Assembly (NCBI GenBank): GCA_964553875.1
Contig: CAZKNH010000004.1
Coordinates: 5,391-69,390 of the forward strand
Source of the DNA: an uncultured Gammaproteobacteria bacterium
GTDB taxonomy: Bacteria; Pseudomonadota; Gammaproteobacteria; Steroidobacterales; Rariloculaceae
DNA length: 64,000 bases
Reading direction: 5' to 3'
Shown in pieces: positions 8,754-18,123 of this stretch. Numbering within the stretch: position 1 is the first letter of the stretch; each line of letters begins with the position of its first letter. The notes beneath the pieces were generated by a model. It saw nothing but the letters and a program-made list of their open reading frames with translations, had not been told where the DNA came from and made no database searches. The translations under genes and the position numbers were made by a program.

Positions 8754-9500
8754 TCAAGCTGCGGTCGCTTCGACGGAGCACACGCTGACGGTCATCGACT
8801 CCTCGTCCGCCTCTTCGATCTCGTGGGAGATCAGCGTGAAGCCGGCGTCGCGGACGAGATCCTGCGCGTGACTCGCCACGATCAGTGTGACGTGGAGCTC
8901 GTCCGCGAGCTTCGCGAGGAGCGCGGTGATCCGCTCGGCGTTCAACGGATCGATCGCCGCGGTCGGCTCGTCCGCGATCACGACCGGCGGCTCGTGCGCG
9001 AGCGCCCGCGCGATCGCCGCGCGCTGCCGCTGTCCGACCGACAACGCCGCGGGCAGCTTGTCGAGCTGCTGCCGGATGTTGAGCCGCGCCGCGAGATCGT
9101 CAGCGACGCCGGCAACGGGGAGATCGAGGAGCCGCCGCGGCAGCTCGATGTTGCGGCGGACGGTCAGATAGGGCAGGAGCCCGCCGTGCTGGAGCACGTA
9201 GCCGATGTAGCGGCTCCGCCAACGGCTCATCCCGTCGGAATCGCCGGTGCGCCACGCGTTGTCGATGTCGATCGTCTCGCCGGGCCGCGGCGTGAACAGG
9301 AAGCGGCCGGCGCTCGTCGGCTTCAGGATCATCGCGAGCAGCTCGAGCAGCGTGCTCTTGCCGGAGCCGCTCTCACCGATCAGCGCGATCTTCGCGCCGC
9401 GGGGCACGTCGAGCCGCGGGACGCGCAGGCGAAACTCGATGCCTCCGGCGCTGTATGTCTTCGTGACGTCTCGCAGCGCGAAGACGGCGTCGGCGGTCAG
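8754..9500 (-). CDS. ABC transporter ATP-binding protein (MacB/LolD-like)
   Basis: Walker A GESGSGKST, Q-loop VLQHGGLLPYLTV, signature LSVGQRQR, Walker B VVIADEPT, H-loop ASHA. No ATG/GTG/TTG lies near the conserved N-terminus. The only plausible start is CTG 9500..9498, which overlaps the vWA stop. The 571-aa track ORF is an upstream shadow. Confidence 0.8.
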   Translation of the reverse strand: MTADAVFALRDVTKTYSAGGIEFRLRVPRLDVPRGAKIALIGESGSGKSTLLELLAMILKPTSAGRFLFTPRPGETIDIDNAWRTGDSDGMSRWRSRYIGYVLQHGGLLPYLTVRRNIELPRRLLDLPVAGVADDLAARLNIRQQLDKLPAALSVGQRQRAAIARALAHEPPVVIADEPTAAIDPLNAERITALLAKLADELHVTLIVASHAQDLVRDAGFTLISHEIEEADEESMTVSVCSVEATAA

Positions 9501-11455
9501 GGCAGGGCCTCCAGCGGCAACGGGAAAACGGAATCGCCGTCGACGGGGCCGCCGTCGAGCGAGACCCACAGATCGACGTTGTCGTGCAGCGCGCGATAAT
9601 ACGCGACCTTGCCGTCGAGCCGGTTGATGAACTCGAACTGCTGCTGCGCGGACCACTGCTGCCAGTCGGACAGGTCGATGTGCATGACCTCGCTCTGGTA
9701 AGGCAGGCCTTCGATGTACTCGCGCATGTAGCCGAGCTCGGCGAGCGTCACGCCGCCGCCTACGGCCGCCTCGACGGCCTCGGGGTCGCGGCTGATGATC
9801 GCGGCGAGGCTGCGCAGCTCGTCGAGAAAGCCCTGCGGCGCGATCGCGCCCTCCTCGGCGCGCTCGACGACGCGCCTCAGGACGTCGTGCAGATCGGAGA
9901 GCTGGTCGCGCGTCAGCAGCACGCGCACGTCGATCGCGAGCTCCGCGGGATTGGAGAAATCGCGGTCGATCATCCATGCATCGAACAGCGCGGGCACGCG
10001 GCCGTCGTCGCCGGCTTGCTGCAGGTATTCCATCCTGAGCGCGTAGCCGAGCCGCGCGACCTTCTGCTGGAAGGCGGAGAGCTCGCTGCCGTCGTCGGCG
10101 ACCTCGGTCGCCGGCAGGCCCTGCAGCGGCTGGAACCCTTGAGCCGCCGCGGCCACCTGCGCCGTCAGCTGGCGCATCATCGCGGACAGCGCCGCGCCGA
10201 AATCGTCGACGTTCCCGGCCTCGATCGGGTAGTAGAACGAGCCGATGTCGGGGACCGTCGACAGCGCCCGGTACTCCTGCTCCGCGAACGCATGATCGTC
10301 GCGCCCGATCTCGGTCTTCAGGTGGATCGCCCAGAGCGCGATGCCGCGATCGCGGAGGCGCGCGGCGAGCTCCGCGGTATCGAGGCCCGTCGACGACAGC
10401 GGATCGTCGGCGAGGCGCGGTCCGGCGTCGGTGATCAGGATAATGTAACGCGCAAAGAAGTTGCTCCAATTAATTGATTCTAGAGCGGTAACGACGCCTG
10501 CGTACGGGTCCTCGTTGAAGCCCTGGCTCGACACGTTGGACGCATCGACGTCGGCGACCTGCCGGAGGAACTCGTCGCCGCTCCCCGTCAGATCCGCGAA
10601 CACGCGGGACACGTACTGAAGCCCCGGCACGGCCTTCGTGCTGTCGCGGAAGCCGACGAGCCCGTATGCGACCTTGTCCGCAAGCCCCGCGTCCTCGATC
10701 TGCGCGTAGACGTCCCGCATGATCTCGCGCGTCCGTTCGATGTATGGACGCATCGACTGCGTCGTGTCGATCACGAAGACGATCCCCGCTCGATACGGAT
10801 CGTCTTCCGGAGCCGGGTCGCGGAGCGGCACGCTCGCCACGCGCAAGAGCCGCCCCTGATAGTTGCCGATCAGCACGTCCTCGTGGCTCAGGATCGGCAC
10901 GAGGTAGAAATTGCGGCGAATGTCGATGAACCCTTCCGGCTGGATCGCCGCAACCGGCGAGTCAAGCACGTCGCCTGCGAGCGCCTGCTCCCGGAGCGCC
11001 TCGTAGCGCGCCGCGTCGTTCGCGTCGATGATCTCCCGCAGCGCATCGCGTTCCCTGAAGAGCAGCACGCGCGGGGACTCCGCGGGATCCTTGAAGCCGA
11101 CGGTCAGCGTCTGCTGCCAGTCGATCGCCTGCTCGGCCGGAAGCCAGCCGTCGATCTCGCCGGTGCTGTCGATGCCGACCTGCACGTAGTTGCGGCCGTC
11201 ACGGCTCTGCCGATCGTAGACGTAGAACACGGTGAAAGGCGTCACGGGCTGTGCGAACGCGCGCGATGCGCCGGGCGCATCGAGCAGCTGCGCGCCGGGC
11301 ACCGCGATCACGCGCTGAAAGAGCGCACGCTTGCCCTCGACGGTCAGCGGACGGTTCTGCTGCGCATGCGCCGTGATCGCAACCGCAGCGAGGGCGGCGA
11401 GCAGGAGCCGCATCGCGTTGACGAATGTGTTCGCGCGCATCGTCGTCAGTTCCAC
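9497..11455 (-). CDS. Secreted von Willebrand factor A (vWA) domain protein
   Basis: Signal peptide MRLLLAALAAVAITAHAQQ. MIDAS-like GIVFVIDTTQSMRPYIERTREIM with downstream YIILITDAGP. Large unassigned N- and C-terminal regions. Alternative start ATG 11440. Confidence 0.7.
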   Translation of the reverse strand: MELTTMRANTFVNAMRLLLAALAAVAITAHAQQNRPLTVEGKRALFQRVIAVPGAQLLDAPGASRAFAQPVTPFTVFYVYDRQSRDGRNYVQVGIDSTGEIDGWLPAEQAIDWQQTLTVGFKDPAESPRVLLFRERDALREIIDANDAARYEALREQALAGDVLDSPVAAIQPEGFIDIRRNFYLVPILSHEDVLIGNYQGRLLRVASVPLRDPAPEDDPYRAGIVFVIDTTQSMRPYIERTREIMRDVYAQIEDAGLADKVAYGLVGFRDSTKAVPGLQYVSRVFADLTGSGDEFLRQVADVDASNVSSQGFNEDPYAGVVTALESINWSNFFARYIILITDAGPRLADDPLSSTGLDTAELAARLRDRGIALWAIHLKTEIGRDDHAFAEQEYRALSTVPDIGSFYYPIEAGNVDDFGAALSAMMRQLTAQVAAAAQGFQPLQGLPATEVADDGSELSAFQQKVARLGYALRMEYLQQAGDDGRVPALFDAWMIDRDFSNPAELAIDVRVLLTRDQLSDLHDVLRRVVERAEEGAIAPQGFLDELRSLAAIISRDPEAVEAAVGGGVTLAELGYMREYIEGLPYQSEVMHIDLSDWQQWSAQQQFEFINRLDGKVAYYRALHDNVDLWVSLDGGPVDGDSVFPLPLEALP

Positions 11456-11976
11456 TGCAACAGCAGCCGCTCGGCTTCCGCGTTCGCGTAGGCCTCACGC
11501 TCCGCCCACTCGCGCAGCGCGTCGAGCCGCGTCTGCGCTTCCGCTACGCCGCCTTCGAGTGCCTGCATGTAGTACTTGAAGGCCTGGAACGGATCCGGCT
11601 TGTCGAGCAGGCTCGTGCTCGGATCGTGGTGGAGCGGGTCGTACGACGTCGCGAGGCGGAACGCCGCCTGCGCATGACCGTTGCGTGCGGCGAAGAAATA
11701 GAGGATCTGCGCGTCCGCGAGCTCGCCCGCCTCACGATGTGCCTCGGCGCGTGCGAACGCCTCGTCGAGATTCGGGCGTCCGGCTTCGCTTTGCTCGCGC
11801 AGCTCGGCGATGGTCTCGCGGGCCCGCTCGCCGCGATCCGCATCGGTGACGGGGCGCCCATCCGGCGAAACCGTCGTCGTCGGTGAGAACACGTAGTAAG
11901 CGACGGCGACGAGGACGACGGCGGCGGCCACGACGACCGCCGTGACGATTGGACGGCTCATGGGCTTGCTCCACAT
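11446..11976 (-). CDS. Membrane-anchored Sel1/TPR-like repeat protein
   Basis: TM helix IVTAVVVAAAVVLVAVAYYVF. Then EAGELADAQILYFFAARNGHAQAAFRLATSYDP and FKYYMQALEGGVAEAQTRL (Sel1-like repeats). GGAG-type SD sequences precede both ATG 11976 and ATG 11961. The track start at 12054 is less likely. Confidence 0.6.
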   Translation of the reverse strand: MWSKPMSRPIVTAVVVAAAVVLVAVAYYVFSPTTTVSPDGRPVTDADRGERARETIAELREQSEAGRPNLDEAFARAEAHREAGELADAQILYFFAARNGHAQAAFRLATSYDPLHHDPSTSLLDKPDPFQAFKYYMQALEGGVAEAQTRLDALREWAEREAYANAEAERLLLQWN

Positions 11977-12117
11977 GAACTCACTCCGGATGCCGTATCG
12001 TGCGACAGGATGCATATCCGGCGCGGAAAGTCGAACGGCATCATCACGTTCCACGATATACCTTTGACCGGGTTAAAGCAAAACGGTGCCCGTTCGGGAG
12101 TATGATCGGCCGAAGCG

Positions 12118-14064
12118 ATGACCGGAGCTTTGCACAAAGGCACGGCCGCGTCCCGTCTCTATGTCAGATGGCGGCGCATCGGCCGGCGTTTGCGCCGCAG
12201 CCGCGGGGCCCGCATCGCCGCGGCCGGCGTCGCGGTCTTCGTCGTTGCTTTCGCGCTCGGGACCTTCGTCGTCGCGCCGCTCGCGGTCGGCGCGTTGCTC
12301 GACCGGTGGGCCGAAGGGGCGCTGGACAGGCGTGCCGCGGTAGGTCGCATCGCCGTGAACCCGTTCACATTGACGGTCAGGCTGCACGATGCGGCGTTCG
12401 GAGTGCCCGGCCTTTCGCTCGACGCGAGGCGCATCACCCTCGATTTCGACGCGGCCGCGCTTCTCGGCCGAGCGGTAGCGCTCGACGCGCTCGAGATCGA
12501 TGCGCCGCGTGTGACGCTTTCCGGCGACAGCGCTCTGCCGAGCGACACGGGCTGGCGTGCCTTCGCTCCGACCGCACCGTTCGAGATCGCGCGTGCAACG
12601 ATCGACGGCGGGCGCATCGAGTGGCACGACGACGAAGGTCAGCCGCTCGTCGTCGACGGCGTGTCGGTACGCGCGTTCGATGTCGCTCGCCCCGCGACGA
12701 CGCGTGCTCGTGTCGAGATCGACGCGCGGAACGCCGTCGGCGGTGTGCTGCGGCTTTCGGGCGAGGTCGACGTCGGCACGCTCTCGGCGGACGGGCACGT
12801 GCTGTTCGAGAACGTCGACGTCGCGCCGATTGCCGAAAAGGTCTTCGGCTCTTCGTCGATCGCCGGAACGTCGAGCGGCGCCGCCGATTTCGACTGGCGC
12901 GGCGGCGAGCGGAGGCTCGAGCTTCGCACGGCGACGCTCCGCGTGCTTCGCGCCGAGATCGGATCGTCGGACGGCCACGCGCTTTCGGCGGCGAGCCTCG
13001 AAGCCGCCGGAGACGCGGAGCTCGGGGAGGACGAGTGGCGGCTCGCCGCGGACGTCGAGCTCGTCCGTCCGTCGCTGCGGCTCGCGGGACATGTGCTCGA
13101 CGGTGAATCGATCGATGCGCGGCTCGAGTATCGCGTCGCTGCCGACGAGATCGAAGGCGAAGTTCGCGTCGGCGGGCGGGAGCTTGCGGTCGAGCAGATC
13201 GGAGCGGATCCCGAGAACCCGAACATCGCGCTCGCGCTCGCGCTCCTCGAGGATCCGCACGGCGTCGTCGAGACGGCGTACGCTTTCCGCGCGTCGAACG
13301 ACGGAAGCGGTTTCGGCCGCGTGCTCGCCGCGAGCGTGGTCGAGCAGCTCGACGAGATCGCGTCCGCGCCGCTCGATGCGCTCGCCGCGGCCGCTCGCGT
13401 CGACGCGGCAACGCTCGCGGCGGTGTCGTTCCGGCCCGGCGAGGCCGAGCCCGTCGCGCCCGAGACGCTCGAAGCGTGGGCCGACGCGCTCGCGATGAGG
13501 CCGAAGCTCGGCGTGCGCGTCCGCGGTGTCGCGGATCGCGTCGTCGATCGCGACGCGCTCGCCGTGCGGCAGATCGAGCTGCACGTGACGCTCGAGACGG
13601 CAGGGCCGACGCTCGTCGAGCGTCCGCAGCCCGTCGATTTCGCATCGCCGCGTCATCAGGACGTGCTCGAGGAGTTCGCGATCGAGCGCTTGAGCGCCGA
13701 GCGGCGGACGACGATCGCGTCGCACTTCACGCGCGGCGCCGACGGTCGCGTCGTCGAGGCCGAGCGAAGCGCGTACTCCCGCGCGCTCTTCGACGCGCTC
13801 GTCGAGAATGCGGCGATCCCGGAGACCGGCATCGAGCGCCTCGGCCGGTATCGCGGGCGCGCGATCGTCGATGCGCTGACCCGGCTCGGCGTCGAGGACA
13901 CGCGGATCGAAGTCGCGCCGGCCGTGGTGCGGTCCCCGGCGGACGACGGCGCCGACGACGGCTCCACGGAAGCGTCCGCCGGACGCATCGACGTGCCGCT
14001 CGAGGTCTTCGCGCTCGCTGCGCGGGCCGACGCGGGTTCGCCGGAGCCGCCCGACGCGCTCTGA
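12118..14064 (+). CDS. DUF748 (AsmA-like) domain-containing membrane protein
   Basis: N-terminal TM AAAGVAVFVVAFALGTFVV followed by VGRIAVNPFTLTVRLHDAAF, the pattern I associate with DUF748 repeats. Transcribed divergently from the Sel1/vWA block. Confidence 0.55.
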   Translation: MTGALHKGTAASRLYVRWRRIGRRLRRSRGARIAAAGVAVFVVAFALGTFVVAPLAVGALLDRWAEGALDRRAAVGRIAVNPFTLTVRLHDAAFGVPGLSLDARRITLDFDAAALLGRAVALDALEIDAPRVTLSGDSALPSDTGWRAFAPTAPFEIARATIDGGRIEWHDDEGQPLVVDGVSVRAFDVARPATTRARVEIDARNAVGGVLRLSGEVDVGTLSADGHVLFENVDVAPIAEKVFGSSSIAGTSSGAADFDWRGGERRLELRTATLRVLRAEIGSSDGHALSAASLEAAGDAELGEDEWRLAADVELVRPSLRLAGHVLDGESIDARLEYRVAADEIEGEVRVGGRELAVEQIGADPENPNIALALALLEDPHGVVETAYAFRASNDGSGFGRVLAASVVEQLDEIASAPLDALAAAARVDAATLAAVSFRPGEAEPVAPETLEAWADALAMRPKLGVRVRGVADRVVDRDALAVRQIELHVTLETAGPTLVERPQPVDFASPRHQDVLEEFAIERLSAERRTTIASHFTRGADGRVVEAERSAYSRALFDALVENAAIPETGIERLGRYRGRAIVDALTRLGVEDTRIEVAPAVVRSPADDGADDGSTEASAGRIDVPLEVFALAARADAGSPEPPDAL

Positions 14065-14120
14065 CGTTCGCGTCGCCGGGCGCTCGCTACGCCGAACCCG
14101 ATCGTGTTAAATGGCCGACC

Positions 14121-15611
14121 ATGATCTGCTTGCCCGAACCGGATCCCGGCCTCGTCGCGCGCCGGGACGAGATCGTCCGCGCGCTGCGCGCGATCCTCGG
14201 CCGCGAGCGCGTGATCGACGAGCCGTTGCGCCTTGCGGCGTACGAGACGGACGCGCTGACGGCGTACCGTCAGCGCCCGCTCGCGGTCGTGCTTCCGGAG
14301 ACGACGGCCGAGGTCGCGGAGATCCTGCGCTATGCGCATCGCGAGGGCGTCAAGATCGTGCCTCGCGGCGCCGGCACGTCGCTGTCGGGCGGGGCGATCC
14401 CGGCCGCCGACGCGATCGTCGTCGGGCTCGGCAAGTTCAACCGGATCCTCGACATCGACTACGAGAACCGCTGCGTCGTCGCGCAGAGCGGCGTGACGAA
14501 TCTCGCGATCAGCCACGCCGTTGCGGATCGCGGCTTCTACTACGCGCCGGACCCGTCGAGCCAGATCGCGTGCACGATCGGCGGCAACGTCGCGGAGAAC
14601 TCGGGCGGCGTGCACTGCCTGAAGTACGGGCTCACGACGAACAACGTGCTCGGCGTCGAAATGGTGACGCCCGAAGGCGAGATCGTTCGGCTCGGCGGCC
14701 GGCATCTCGATAGCGGCCACTACGATCTGCTCGGCCTCACGATCGGCTCCGAGGGGCTGATCGGCATCGTGACCGAGGTCACCGTGCGGATCCTGAAGCG
14801 GCCGGAGACGGCGCGCGCGCTCCTGATCGGCTTCGCGTCGGTCGAGGACGCGGGCGCATGCGTCGCGCAGGTCATCGGCGAAGGGATCGTGCCCGCCGGC
14901 ATGGAGATGATGGATCGGCCGGCGATCCACGCGGCGGAGGCATTCGTCAACGTCGGTTATCCGCTCGACGTCGAGGCGCTCCTGATCGTCGAGCTCGACG
15001 GGCCGGCCGCCGAGGTCGATCTCCTTATCGAGCGCGTGCAGCGCATCGCAACCGCGCTCGGTTCGACGAGCTGCCGAGTCTCGACGAGCGAAGCCGAGCG
15101 GCTCGCATTCTGGGCGGGACGGAAGGCTGCGTTCCCGGCGGTGGGGCGCCTGTCACCGGACTACTACTGCATGGACGGCACGATCCCGCGCCGCGAGCTG
15201 CCGCGCGTGCTGCGCGAGATCAGCGAGATGTCCGCACGATTCGGACTGCGCGTCGCGAACGTGTTCCACGCGGGCGACGGCAATCTGCACCCGCTGATCC
15301 TGTACGACGCGAACGCGCCGGGCGAGCTCGAGCGCGCCGAGGAGTTCGGCAACGAGATCCTGAAGCTCTGCGTCGACGTCGGCGGCGTGCTGACGGGCGA
15401 GCACGGTGTCGGGCTCGAGAAGCGCGACCTGATGACGTATCAGTTCGGCGAGCTCGACCTCGAGATCCAGCACCGCGTGAAGCGTGCGTTCGATCCCGAG
15501 CTCCGATTCAACCCCGGAAAGGTCTATCCGACGCTGCACCGCTGCGCCGAGCTCGGTCGCGAGCACGTGCGCGCGGGTGCGGAGCGCTTTCCGGATCTGC
15601 CGCGGTTCTGA
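14121..15611 (+). CDS. glcD: Glycolate oxidase subunit GlcD (FAD-linked oxidase)
   Basis: AYETDALTAYRQRPLAVVLPETTAEVAEILRYAHREGVKIVPRGAGTSLSGGAIP, C-terminal GEHGVGLEKRDLM, start ATG 14121. The track ORF from 13476 overlaps the DUF748 gene out of frame. Confidence 0.85.
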   Translation: MICLPEPDPGLVARRDEIVRALRAILGRERVIDEPLRLAAYETDALTAYRQRPLAVVLPETTAEVAEILRYAHREGVKIVPRGAGTSLSGGAIPAADAIVVGLGKFNRILDIDYENRCVVAQSGVTNLAISHAVADRGFYYAPDPSSQIACTIGGNVAENSGGVHCLKYGLTTNNVLGVEMVTPEGEIVRLGGRHLDSGHYDLLGLTIGSEGLIGIVTEVTVRILKRPETARALLIGFASVEDAGACVAQVIGEGIVPAGMEMMDRPAIHAAEAFVNVGYPLDVEALLIVELDGPAAEVDLLIERVQRIATALGSTSCRVSTSEAERLAFWAGRKAAFPAVGRLSPDYYCMDGTIPRRELPRVLREISEMSARFGLRVANVFHAGDGNLHPLILYDANAPGELERAEEFGNEILKLCVDVGGVLTGEHGVGLEKRDLMTYQFGELDLEIQHRVKRAFDPELRFNPGKVYPTLHRCAELGREHVRAGAERFPDLPRF

Positions 15612-16792
15612 TGGTTCACGCGCACGCCGAAGGTGTCTTGCGTCCGCGAGATCATGCGGATCTCGTCGAGATCCTGCGCGGGCACCCGCATCCCGTCGAG
15701 CCGATCGGCGGAGGGTCGAAGCGGGCGATCGGCGCGCCGGTCGAAGCGGATCCGCTCGAGCTTTCGGCGTTCGCAGGCATCGTCGCGTACGAGCCCGAGG
15801 AGCTCGTGCTGACCGCGCACGCGGCGACGCCGCTCGCGACGATCGAGGCGGAGCTCGCGCGCAACGGTCAGCGGCTCGCGTTCGAGCCGCCCGATTTCGG
15901 CGCGCTCATCGGCGCCGCGCCGTGCGGCGCGCAGACGATCGGCGGTGTCCTCGCAGCAAATCTCGCCGGTTCCCGGCGCGTGTCGGCAGGCTCGGCGCGC
16001 GACCACTTTCTCGGCTTCGAGGCGGTCAGCGGTGACGGCGTGCCGTTCAAAGCGGGCGGGCGCGTCGTGAAGAACGTGACGGGCTACGACCTGCCGAAGC
16101 TGATCGCGGGCTCGTGGGGCACGCTTGCTGTGCTCGTCTCGGTGACCGTGCGCGTCGCGCCGATGCCCGAGACGGAGACGACGATCATCGTGCCGGTCCG
16201 AGATGTCGGGAGCGCGATCGAGATTCTTTCGCGCGGCTTGGGCTCCCCGCACGACGTATCTGCGGCCGCGTTCGTGCCCGATCGAGGCGCGGCGCTTCGG
16301 CTCGAGGGCTTTGGCGCGTCCGTCGCCGCGCGCGTCGAAGGGCTCCTCGAGTGGCTCGGTCGGGACGACGCGGAGACGCTTGCCGACGCGGAGTCGCGCG
16401 GGTTCTGGCGTCGAATCGGGTCCGCGGAAGACCTGGATCACGCACGGTGCGTCGTCAGGATCAGCGTGCCGCCGTCGCACGCGCCGCGCGTGATCGAAGC
16501 GATCGAGCCAGAAAGGTACCTGCTCGACTGGGGCGGCGGCCTGATCTGGGCAGCGTTCCCGGAGCCGGACATCGAGCGCATTCGTTCCGCGATCCGCGAG
16601 GGGCACGCGACGTTGTGGAAGGCGCCGCGTTCACTGCGCGAAGCGGTCGACGTGTTTCCGCCGTTGCCTCCTGCCGTCGCGGGGCTTGCGGCCAAGCTCA
16701 AGACGGCGTTCGATCCGCACGGGCGGCTCAATCCCGGCCGCATGGGCCGTCAGATCGAGCGCTCCGAGCAAACCTTCGCGACTCGACACTGA
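15611..16792 (+). CDS. glcE: Glycolate oxidase FAD-binding subunit GlcE
   Basis: ATG 15611 overlaps the glcD stop (TGATG). VEPIGGGSKRAIG..YEPEELVLTAHAATPLATIEAELARNGQRLAFEPP..VKNVTGYDLPKL. Confidence 0.8.
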   Translation: MVHAHAEGVLRPRDHADLVEILRGHPHPVEPIGGGSKRAIGAPVEADPLELSAFAGIVAYEPEELVLTAHAATPLATIEAELARNGQRLAFEPPDFGALIGAAPCGAQTIGGVLAANLAGSRRVSAGSARDHFLGFEAVSGDGVPFKAGGRVVKNVTGYDLPKLIAGSWGTLAVLVSVTVRVAPMPETETTIIVPVRDVGSAIEILSRGLGSPHDVSAAAFVPDRGAALRLEGFGASVAARVEGLLEWLGRDDAETLADAESRGFWRRIGSAEDLDHARCVVRISVPPSHAPRVIEAIEPERYLLDWGGGLIWAAFPEPDIERIRSAIREGHATLWKAPRSLREAVDVFPPLPPAVAGLAAKLKTAFDPHGRLNPGRMGRQIERSEQTFATRH

Positions 16793-18123
16793 TGCAGACG
16801 CGATTCAAACCCGAGCAGCTCGCCGATCCCGAGGTCCGCGACGCCGAGCAGGTCCTCCGCAAGTGCGTGCACTGCGGCTTCTGCACGGCGACGTGCCCGA
16901 CGTACGTGCTGCTCGGCGACGAGCTCGACAGCCCGCGCGGCCGGATCTATCTGATCAAGGACATGCTCGAGAACGGCCGCCCGGCAACCGCGGAGATCGT
17001 GCGGCACATCGACCGGTGTCTCTCGTGCCTTGCGTGCATGACGACGTGCCCATCGGGCGTTCACTATCAGCATCTGATCGACCATGCGCGCGTGCACGTC
17101 GAGCGCACGTATCGAAGGCCTTTGCGCGAGCGATGGATCCGCGATCTGATCGCCGCGGTGATGCCGTATCCGCAGCGGTTCGCGGCCGCGATGCGGCTCG
17201 GGATGCTCGCAAGGCCCATGCTCGCGCGCATGCCCGCCCGTGTGGCACGTCTCAAGGATCTGCTGCAGGAGCGGTTCGACCCGCGAAAAGCCGAGCAACG
17301 GATTGCTCGAGCGCCGTCCGAGCGGCCGTCGACAGACGTCGAGCGCGGCGCCGCGCGGCCGACGAGGCGCGTCGCACTGCTCGAAGGGTGCGTCGAATCC
17401 GTGCTCGCGCCGGAGATTCACGCGTCCGCGAAGCGCGTGCTCGCTGCGGCCGGCGTCGACGTTATTTCCGTGCCTGGCTGCTGCGGATCACTCGTGCATC
17501 ATCTCGGCCGTGAGCGGGACAACCGCCGTCTCGCGGGAACGCTGATCGAATCACTGCAACGCGAGATCGAAGGCGACGGGCTCGACGCGATCCTGTCGAC
17601 GGCGTCGGGCTGCGGCACGCACGCGAAGGACTACGGCTTCATCTTCCGGAACGATCCGTTGCTCGCCCAGACGGCGGCGTCGGTCGCGTCGCGCGTGCGC
17701 GACGTCAGCGAGTATCTGCACGAGATCGGTTTGCCGGAGCCTACGCGTCGACTCGGGCTGTCCGTCGCGTACCACTCGGCGTGTTCGATGCAGCACGGGC
17801 AAAAGGTGGACGCGCAGCCGCGCGCGCTCCTCGCGCGCGCAGGCTTCGAAGTGAAGTCGATCCCGGAAGGGCATCTCTGCTGCGGCTCGGCCGGAACGTA
17901 CAACCTGCTGCACCCCGAGATCGCGGACCGCCTGCGCGATCGGAAGGTCCAGCACATCGAACGCACGAACGCGGACGTCGTCGCGACCGGCAACATCGGC
18001 TGCATCGTGCAGCTCGCGTCGGCCGCGCGGATTCCGGTCGTGCATACAGTGCAGCTCCTCGATTGGGCGCTCGGCGGCCCGGCGCCGTCCAGGCTCGAAT
18101 CGAGTGTCAGGGTGGCGACATAG
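16792..18123 (+). CDS. glcF: Glycolate oxidase iron-sulfur subunit GlcF
   Basis: ATG 16792 overlaps the glcE stop. Two ferredoxin-type clusters, CVHCGFCTATCPTY and CLSCLACMTTCPSGV. C-terminal CCG-type cysteines (GHLCCGSAGTYN, ATGNIGC). Confidence 0.85.
   Translation: MQTRFKPEQLADPEVRDAEQVLRKCVHCGFCTATCPTYVLLGDELDSPRGRIYLIKDMLENGRPATAEIVRHIDRCLSCLACMTTCPSGVHYQHLIDHARVHVERTYRRPLRERWIRDLIAAVMPYPQRFAAAMRLGMLARPMLARMPARVARLKDLLQERFDPRKAEQRIARAPSERPSTDVERGAARPTRRVALLEGCVESVLAPEIHASAKRVLAAAGVDVISVPGCCGSLVHHLGRERDNRRLAGTLIESLQREIEGDGLDAILSTASGCGTHAKDYGFIFRNDPLLAQTAASVASRVRDVSEYLHEIGLPEPTRRLGLSVAYHSACSMQHGQKVDAQPRALLARAGFEVKSIPEGHLCCGSAGTYNLLHPEIADRLRDRKVQHIERTNADVVATGNIGCIVQLASAARIPVVHTVQLLDWALGGPAPSRLESSVRVAT

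Noticed and set aside
12073-13725. 550-aa and 403-aa minus-strand ORFs plus the plus-strand ORF 12000-13106
   Set aside because: Extreme Arg/Asp composition. They overlap the DUF748 gene, whose frame has an N-terminal TM helix and a protein-like composition.
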